A stretch of DNA of 64,000 nucleotides from an uncultured Pseudomonadota bacterium (GTDB lineage Bacteria; Pseudomonadota; Alphaproteobacteria; JACZXZ01): contig CAVVLJ010000020.1 in NCBI GenBank assembly GCA_963749075.1, positions 288,001 to 352,000 on the forward strand, in the 5' to 3' direction. Numbering within the stretch: position 1 is the first letter of the stretch; each line of letters begins with the position of its first letter. This document shows, one piece after another, positions 58,199-64,000 of the stretch. The translations under genes and the position numbers were made by a program. Below the pieces are notes generated by a model. It had not been told where the DNA came from and made no database searches. It saw only the letters and a program-made list of their open reading frames with translations.

Positions 58199-59881
58199 TC
58201 AGTTGCGCCCGGCGAGGAGGCCGCGCGCGATCACGTGGGCCTGGATCTCGGCCGCACCCTCGAAGATATTGAGGATGCGCGCGTCGCACAATACGCGGCT
58301 GATGGGATATTCCTCGGCATAGCCGTTGCCGCCGTGGATCTGGAGGGCGGCGTCGGCGTTGGCCCAGGCGACGCGCGCGGCCAAGAGCTTGGCCATGCCC
58401 GCCGGCACGTCGCAGCGCCGCCCGCTCTCCTTCTCGCGCGCCGCGAAATAGGTGAGCTGGCGCGCTGCCATGGTCTCGACCGCCATCATGGCGAGTTTGC
58501 CGGAGACGCGCGGGAAGAGGGCGATGGGCTTGCCGAACTGGACGCGCTCGAGGGCGTATTTGAGGCCGAGCTCGAGGGCGTTCTGCGCCACGCCCACGGC
58601 GCGCGCGGCGGTCTGGATGCGCGCCGATTCGAAGGTCGCCATGAGCTGCTTGAAGCCCTGGCCCTCGACCCCGCCGAGGAGGTTCTCGGCCTTGACCGCA
58701 AAACGGTCGAAGGCGAGCTCGTACTCCTTCATGCCGCGGTAGCCGAGCACGCGGATCTCGCTGCCGGAGAGGCCTGCGACGGGGAAGGGCTCAGCAGCGC
58801 TGCCGCGCGGCTTCTCGGCAAGGAACATGGAGAGGCCCCTGTATCCGGGCTCGGCGGCGTCGGTGCGGGCGAGGAGCGTCATGAGATCGGCGCGCGCCGC
58901 GTGGGTGATCCAGGTCTTCGCCCCGGTCACCCGGTAGAGCTCGCCCTCGCGCACCGCGCGCGTGCGCAAGGCGCCGAGATCGGAGCCGGTGTTGGGCTCG
59001 GTGAAGACCGCGGTCGGCAGCACCTCGCCCGACGCGATGCGCGGGAGCCACTTAGTTTTCTGCGCCTCGCTGCCGCCGGCACGGATGAGCTCGGCGGCGA
59101 TCTCGGAGCGCGTGCCGAGCGAGCCCACGCCGAGCGAGACGCGCGAGAGCTCCTCGGTCACCACGCACATGGCGAGCTTGCCGAGGCCGGCGCCACCGTA
59201 TTCCTCGGGCACCGTCAGGCCGAAGACGCCGAGTGCCGCCAGCTCGTCGACGATCTCCATGGGGATGAGGCGGTCCTCGAGATGCCAGCGGTGCGCGTCG
59301 GGCGCCACCCGCGCCTCGGCGAAGCGGCGGAACTGGTCGCGGACGAGGACGAGCGCCTCGTCCTCGAGGCCGTGCTCGCCGAAGCCGCCGTGCTCGCCCA
59401 TGAGGGCTGCGAGGCGGGCGCGCAGCGCTGCCGTATTGCCGCGCTCGATAAGACGCGCCGCTGCCGGCCGCGAGAGCTCGCCGAGGTCGCGCTCGAGAAG
59501 GCCCATGTCGGCTGGCCGCACCACCTCGACCTGGGAGAGCGCGATGCCGCCCTTGAGCTGGGCGAGATACTCGCCGAAGGCGGCCTGCAGGAGGAGGCGC
59601 TCGAGCTCTCCGAAACCGCCCGACGCCTCGAGCCGCTCGGCCCAGGCGAGCATGGCGCCGAGCGCCGCCACGTAGGTCGCACTCCAGGCGTAGCCGTGCG
59701 CGGCGAACTGCTCGCGCTCGAGGAACTCGCCGTTGGCACCGATCTTGTCGGCGACCGCGAGGCGCGCGTGCGCCAGATAGCTCTCCGCGGCGGCGAGCGC
59801 CTCGCGGCAAAGGGCGAGAAGGTCCGCGAGCAGCGGCTCAGGCGGAGCCTCGTGCGCCGTGCGGATGGCGGCTTGGCTCAC
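58199..59881 (-). CDS. mcd: acyl-CoA dehydrogenase, probably methylsuccinyl-CoA dehydrogenase
   Basis: Long N-terminal extension, GSLGTRSEIA, FTEPNTGSDL, IFEGAAEIQA; next to ccr. Confidence 0.85.
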   Translation of the reverse strand: MSQAAIRTAHEAPPEPLLADLLALCREALAAAESYLAHARLAVADKIGANGEFLEREQFAAHGYAWSATYVAALGAMLAWAERLEASGGFGELERLLLQAAFGEYLAQLKGGIALSQVEVVRPADMGLLERDLGELSRPAAARLIERGNTAALRARLAALMGEHGGFGEHGLEDEALVLVRDQFRRFAEARVAPDAHRWHLEDRLIPMEIVDELAALGVFGLTVPEEYGGAGLGKLAMCVVTEELSRVSLGVGSLGTRSEIAAELIRAGGSEAQKTKWLPRIASGEVLPTAVFTEPNTGSDLGALRTRAVREGELYRVTGAKTWITHAARADLMTLLARTDAAEPGYRGLSMFLAEKPRGSAAEPFPVAGLSGSEIRVLGYRGMKEYELAFDRFAVKAENLLGGVEGQGFKQLMATFESARIQTAARAVGVAQNALELGLKYALERVQFGKPIALFPRVSGKLAMMAVETMAARQLTYFAAREKESGRRCDVPAGMAKLLAARVAWANADAALQIHGGNGYAEEYPISRVLCDARILNIFEGAAEIQAHVIARGLLAGRN

Positions 59882-59896
59882 GGTTCCAACTCCGCC

Positions 59897-61186
59897 TCAG
59901 GCGTTCACCGCGTCCTCGAAGGTGCGCAGGCCCGTGCGCTTGGCCTGCACCAAGACCGCCATGTTGCCCGGCTTGTGCTCGTTGCGCATCATCTTGGTGT
60001 GGGCGAGGGGGATTTCCTGCCAGGGGAACACCTCGCTCATGCAGGGGTCGATGCGCCGCTCGATGACCAGTCGGTTGGCCTGGCTCGCTTGGAGGAGGTT
60101 CGCGAAGTGGCTGCCCTGGATGCGCTTCTGGCGCATCCACACGAAGCGCGCGTCGAAGGTGATGTTGAAGCCGGTGGTGCCGGCGCAGAACACCACCATG
60201 CCGCCGCGCTTCACCACGAAGCAGCTCACCGGGAAGGTCGCCTCGCCGGGATGCTCGAAGACGAAATCCACGTCGTTGCCCTTGCCCGTCACCTCCCAGA
60301 TCGCCTTGCCGAACTCGCGCACCTTCTTCATGTAGTCGCCGTAGCCGCCGCCCGCGTTGATCTCGGGGAGGCGCCCCCAGCAGTCGAACTTGCTGCGGTT
60401 GATGGCGCCCTTGGCGCCGAGCTGCATGACGAAGTCGCGCTTGCCCTCGTCGGAGATCACGCCGATGGCGTGCGCCCCCGCCGCGGCGATGAGCTGCACC
60501 GCCATGGAGCCGAGGCCGCCCGCCGCCCCCCAGACGAGCACGTTGTGGCCGGGGCGCAGGATGTGCGGCCGGTGGCCGAACAGCATGCGGTAGGCGGTCG
60601 CCAAGGTGAGGGTGTAGCAGCCGCATTCCTCCCAGCTGAGGTGCTGCGGCCGCGGCATGAGCTGGCGCGACTGCACGCGCGCGAACTGGGCAAACGAGCC
60701 GTCGGGAGTCTCGTAGCCCCAGATGCGCTGGGAGGGGGAATACATCGGGTCGCCGCCGTTGCACTCCTCGTCGTCGCCGTCGTCCTGGTTGCAGTGCACG
60801 ACGACCTCGTCGCCGACCTTCCAGCGCTTCACCTTGGCGCCGGTCGCCCACACCACGCCGGCGGCGTCCGAGCCCGCCACGTGATAGGGCGCCTTGTGCA
60901 CGTCGAACACCGAGATGGGCTTGCCGAGGGCCGCCCAGACGCCGTTGTAGTTGACGCCCGCGGCCATCACCATGACGAGCACCTCGTCGGCCTCGATCAC
61001 CGGCGTCGCCACCACCTCGAGCTGCATGGCGCGCTCCGGCTCGCCGTGACGCTCGCGCCGGATCGTCCAGGCGTACATGCGCTCCGGCACATGGCCGAGA
61101 GGAGGGACCTCGCCGATCTCGTAGAGATCCTTGCCCGCGGGCACCGCCGCCGCTGCGAACTCCACCAGCTTCGCCGCCTCGCCCAT
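59897..61186 (-). CDS. ccr: crotonyl-CoA carboxylase/reductase
   Basis: AAGVNYNGVW, WGYET, GSHFAN, RQKRIQG. Confidence 0.95.
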   Translation of the reverse strand: MGEAAKLVEFAAAAVPAGKDLYEIGEVPPLGHVPERMYAWTIRRERHGEPERAMQLEVVATPVIEADEVLVMVMAAGVNYNGVWAALGKPISVFDVHKAPYHVAGSDAAGVVWATGAKVKRWKVGDEVVVHCNQDDGDDEECNGGDPMYSPSQRIWGYETPDGSFAQFARVQSRQLMPRPQHLSWEECGCYTLTLATAYRMLFGHRPHILRPGHNVLVWGAAGGLGSMAVQLIAAAGAHAIGVISDEGKRDFVMQLGAKGAINRSKFDCWGRLPEINAGGGYGDYMKKVREFGKAIWEVTGKGNDVDFVFEHPGEATFPVSCFVVKRGGMVVFCAGTTGFNITFDARFVWMRQKRIQGSHFANLLQASQANRLVIERRIDPCMSEVFPWQEIPLAHTKMMRNEHKPGNMAVLVQAKRTGLRTFEDAVNA

Positions 61187-61268
61187 CTTGAGCCTCCTTC
61201 CCGGCTTCCGGAATGGTCATCCCGCAGCGCAACATGGAGATTGACTCATAGCGCGGGCTTCATCATTC

Positions 61269-61308
61269 TGCAATGCACAAAATGACGCTTTATTTCTCCT
61301 GAAATAAA
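61269..61308. promoter_or_regulatory. regulatory motifs in the ccr/ecm divergent promoter
   Basis: TGC-AAT-GCA (PhaR-like) at 61269-61277; TTTATTTC-N4-GAAATAAA at 61289-61308. Confidence 0.45.
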
Positions 61309-61381
61309 ATTACTGCAATAAAATGTCGCCTTCGTTTGTGCGCCGCAAACTCAAGCGACGAGTTGGGAAGGAGACGGGCGA

Positions 61382-63367
61382 ATGGCCGAAGGGGAGATGA
61401 CGCGCGACGAGCCGTGGCTCATCCGCACCTATTCGGGCCACAGCTCGGCCAAGGCGTCGAACGAGCTCTACCGCACCAATCTCGCGCGCGGCCAGACGGG
61501 TCTCTCGGTCGCCTTCGATCTGCCGACCCAGACCGGCTACGACAGCGACCATCCGCTCGCCAAGGGCGAGGTCGGCAAGGTCGGCGTGCCGATCTCCCAT
61601 TTGGGCGACATGACGGCGCTCTTCGAAGGGATCCCGCTCGCCCGCATGAACACCTCGATGACGATCAACGCGACGGCACCCTGGCTCCTCGCCCTCTATA
61701 TCGCGGCGGCCGAGCGCCAGGGGGCGGAGCGCGCAGCACTCTCCGGCACCACGCAGAACGACCTCGTGAAGGAGTATCTCTCGCGCGGCACCTACATCTT
61801 CCCGCCGGAGCCGTCGCTCAGATTGACCACCGACGTGATCGCCTTCACCTACCGCGAGCTCCCGAAGTGGAACCCGATCAATGTCTGCTCCTACCATCTG
61901 CAGGAGGCGGGTGCCACGCCGGTGCAGGAGCTGGCGATAGCCTTGGCGACCGCCGCGGCCGTGCTCGACGCCGCGCGCGCGCGCGTGCCGGCCGAGGATT
62001 TCCCCACCGTCGCCGGCCGCATCAGCTTCTTCGTCAATGCCGGCATCCGCTTCGTGACCGAGATGTGCAAGATGCGCGCCTTCGCCGAGCTGTGGGACGA
62101 GCTCCTCAGCGATCGCTACGCCATCGCCGACGAGAAGCTGCGCCGCTTCCGCTACGGCGTGCAGGTGAACTCGCTCGGCTTGACCGAGCAGCAGCCGGAG
62201 AACAACGTCTACCGCATCCTCCTCGAGATGCTCGCGGTGGTGCTCTCCCGCCGCGCGCGGGCGCGCGCCGTGCAGCTCCCGGCGTGGAACGAGGCGCTCG
62301 GCCTGCCGCGGCCGTGGGACCAGCAATGGAGCATCCGGCTCCAGCAGATCCTCGCCTATGAGAGCGATCTCCTCGAGTACGGCGACATCTTCGACGGCGC
62401 GCACGCCATCGCCGCCAAGGTGGCCGAGCTCAAGGCGGCAGCCTCGGCCGAGCTCGCCCGCATCGAGGCCATGGGAGGTGCGATTGCCGCGGTCGAGAGC
62501 GGCTATTTGAAGCGGGCGCTCGTCGAGAGCAACGCGCGCCGCTTGGCCGCCATCGAGGCGGGCGAGCAGACGGTCGTCGGCGTCAACGCCTTCACGGACA
62601 CGGCACCCTCGCCGCTCTTGCAATCCGCCGACGGCGGGGCCCTCGTGCCCGACGAGGCGGCCGAGGCGGCGCAGCTCGCCTCGCTTGCGGCCTGGCGCAG
62701 AGAGCGCGATGCGGGCGCCGTAGCCGCGGCACTCGCCGCCCTCGGCGAGGCCGCCGCCGGAGGCCGCAACGTCATGGAGCCCTCGATCGCCGCGGCGCAT
62801 GCCGGCGTCACCACCGGCGAATGGGCGGCCGCACTCCGCGCCGTCTTCGGCGAGTACCGGGCACCCACGGGCGTCGGCGGCGCCGCACCGGCCGCTGCCG
62901 CGGCCGAGCTCGCGAGCTTGCGCCAGGAGACGGAGCGGGTGAGCCGGCGCTTGGGCCGCCGCATCAAGATGCTGGTCGGCAAGCCCGGCCTCGACGGCCA
63001 TTCCAACGGCGCGGAGCAGATCGCCGTGCGCGCCCGCGACGCCGGTCTCGAGGTCGTCTACCAGGGCATCCGCTTGACGCCCGAGCAGATCGTGGCGACC
63101 GCGCTCGAGGAATCGGTGCACGTGGTCGGGCTCTCGATCCTCTCGGGCTCCCACGTGGCGCTCGTGACGGAGGTGCGCGAGCGCATGGCCGCACTCGGTA
63201 TCGGCGACATCCCCGTCGTCGTCGGCGGCATCATCCCGCCGGCCGACGAGCGGCGCTTGCGCGAGGCCGGCGTCGCCCGCGTCTATACGCCCAAGGACTA
63301 CGCGCTCAACGCCATCATCGCCGACATCGTCGCCCTCGTCGACCGCGCCAGCCAGGAGGCGGCGTAG
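61382..63367 (+). CDS. ecm: ethylmalonyl-CoA mutase (MeaA)
   Basis: RTYSGHS, NVCSYHLQEAGA, GLDGHSNG B12 motif; divergent from ccr. Confidence 0.95.
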   Translation: MAEGEMTRDEPWLIRTYSGHSSAKASNELYRTNLARGQTGLSVAFDLPTQTGYDSDHPLAKGEVGKVGVPISHLGDMTALFEGIPLARMNTSMTINATAPWLLALYIAAAERQGAERAALSGTTQNDLVKEYLSRGTYIFPPEPSLRLTTDVIAFTYRELPKWNPINVCSYHLQEAGATPVQELAIALATAAAVLDAARARVPAEDFPTVAGRISFFVNAGIRFVTEMCKMRAFAELWDELLSDRYAIADEKLRRFRYGVQVNSLGLTEQQPENNVYRILLEMLAVVLSRRARARAVQLPAWNEALGLPRPWDQQWSIRLQQILAYESDLLEYGDIFDGAHAIAAKVAELKAAASAELARIEAMGGAIAAVESGYLKRALVESNARRLAAIEAGEQTVVGVNAFTDTAPSPLLQSADGGALVPDEAAEAAQLASLAAWRRERDAGAVAAALAALGEAAAGGRNVMEPSIAAAHAGVTTGEWAAALRAVFGEYRAPTGVGGAAPAAAAAELASLRQETERVSRRLGRRIKMLVGKPGLDGHSNGAEQIAVRARDAGLEVVYQGIRLTPEQIVATALEESVHVVGLSILSGSHVALVTEVRERMAALGIGDIPVVVGGIIPPADERRLREAGVARVYTPKDYALNAIIADIVALVDRASQEAA

Positions 63368-63377
63368 GCCAGTTCAT

Positions 63378-63528
63378 TCCTCTCCTCCTTCAGGAGGAGA
63401 GGAAGGGGCCCATCCCGAAGGGATGGGAAGGTGAGGAGGCCGAATGCTTGAGCGCTTCTGCGGCCGACGAGGAGCCTTGCAAAGATACCTCCTCACCCCG
63501 ACCCTCTCCTCCTGAAGGAGGAGAGGGA
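63378..63528. repeat. RIME-like composite palindrome
   Basis: CCTCTCCTCCTTCAGGAGGAGAGG and its inverted copy; core shared with 57206-57350. Confidence 0.8.
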
Positions 63529-63617
63529 GAACATTCTTCTCCGTGTTCTCCGTGGTTAAGCCTTCATCTCGACGTCGGTTGACAAGCGGCCGGGCGCACC
63601 CGACGCTTCAGCCCGCC

Positions 63618-64000
63618 ATGACGCCCGACTTCCTCCCGCTCGCCGAGATCGCAGCGCTCCAGGCCGCGCGCTGGCAGGCGCAGTCGGCTTACGTGGCGCG
63701 GCACTCGCCCTTCTTCCGGCGGCTCTGGGCCGGTGCTGCGCCGCCGGTGCTGCTCGCGGATCTGCCGGTGCTGCCGCTCTGCGACAAGGCGATGCTGCGC
63801 GCGAGCCAGGCGGCCTCGCCGCCCTTCGGCGATTATCTCGCCGCGCGAAGCGAGGAGGTCTTGCGCGTGCACCGCACCTCGGGCACCACCGGCCAGGCGA
63901 TGAACTTGGCACTCAGTGCCGCCGACGCCGGGCTCACGGCCGAGGTCGGCGGCCGCGCCCAGCGCGCCGCCGGGCTCGGCCCCGGTCATCGGGTGGTGCA
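63618..64000 (+). CDS. phenylacetate-CoA ligase family protein, N-terminal part (runs off window)
   Basis: Manual translation MTPDFLPL..SPFFRRL..LPLCDKAMLR..HRTSGTTG (AMP-binding P-loop). Confidence 0.8.
   Translation, partial: MTPDFLPLAEIAALQAARWQAQSAYVARHSPFFRRLWAGAAPPVLLADLPVLPLCDKAMLRASQAASPPFGDYLAARSEEVLRVHRTSGTTGQAMNLALSAADAGLTAEVGGRAQRAAGLGPGHRVV

Overview
High-GC alphaproteobacterial chromosomal segment (Rhodospirillales-like gene content; taxonomy inferred). The backbone is the usual alphaproteobacterial run: gloB / yafS-like methyltransferase, metW-metX, chorismate mutase-hisC-tyrC, DUF2125, chaC, plsC-ftsX-ftsE, zinc-ribbon protein, TIGR02302, lysA, argH, tlpA, hbd-etfA-etfB-cobalamin adenosyltransferase, and ethylmalonyl-CoA genes mcd-ccr-ecm. 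The main accessory feature is an ~19 kb arsenic island (~3.6-22.45 kb) between gloB and the yafS-like gene, which are normally adjacent and divergent. It carries moaA, aioBA, aioXSR, a divergent phoB, pstSCAB, arsR-arsC-acr3 and an arsR-arsV-arsK-like module, with no visible integrase. Non-coding DNA in the island shows one recurrent ArsR-like operator in front of both arsR genes, pstS (tandem) and aioX. It also holds a sigma54 promoter with two candidate AioR sites, an uncalled 56-aa membrane protein and a probable arsI/cadI relic. Other insertions: an adh plus CBS-fusion pair behind a FixK/FNR box, orphan tad pseudopilins with a lectin-like tip, nrdJ with DnaA and LexA-like boxes, a Phd-VapC pair, korAB and a barnase-barstar pair. 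Several REP/RIME-like palindromes lie between genes, and four single-base frameshifts look like sequencing errors. No rRNA, tRNA, CRISPR array or transposase was seen. Family assignments rest on motif recognition, not database searches.
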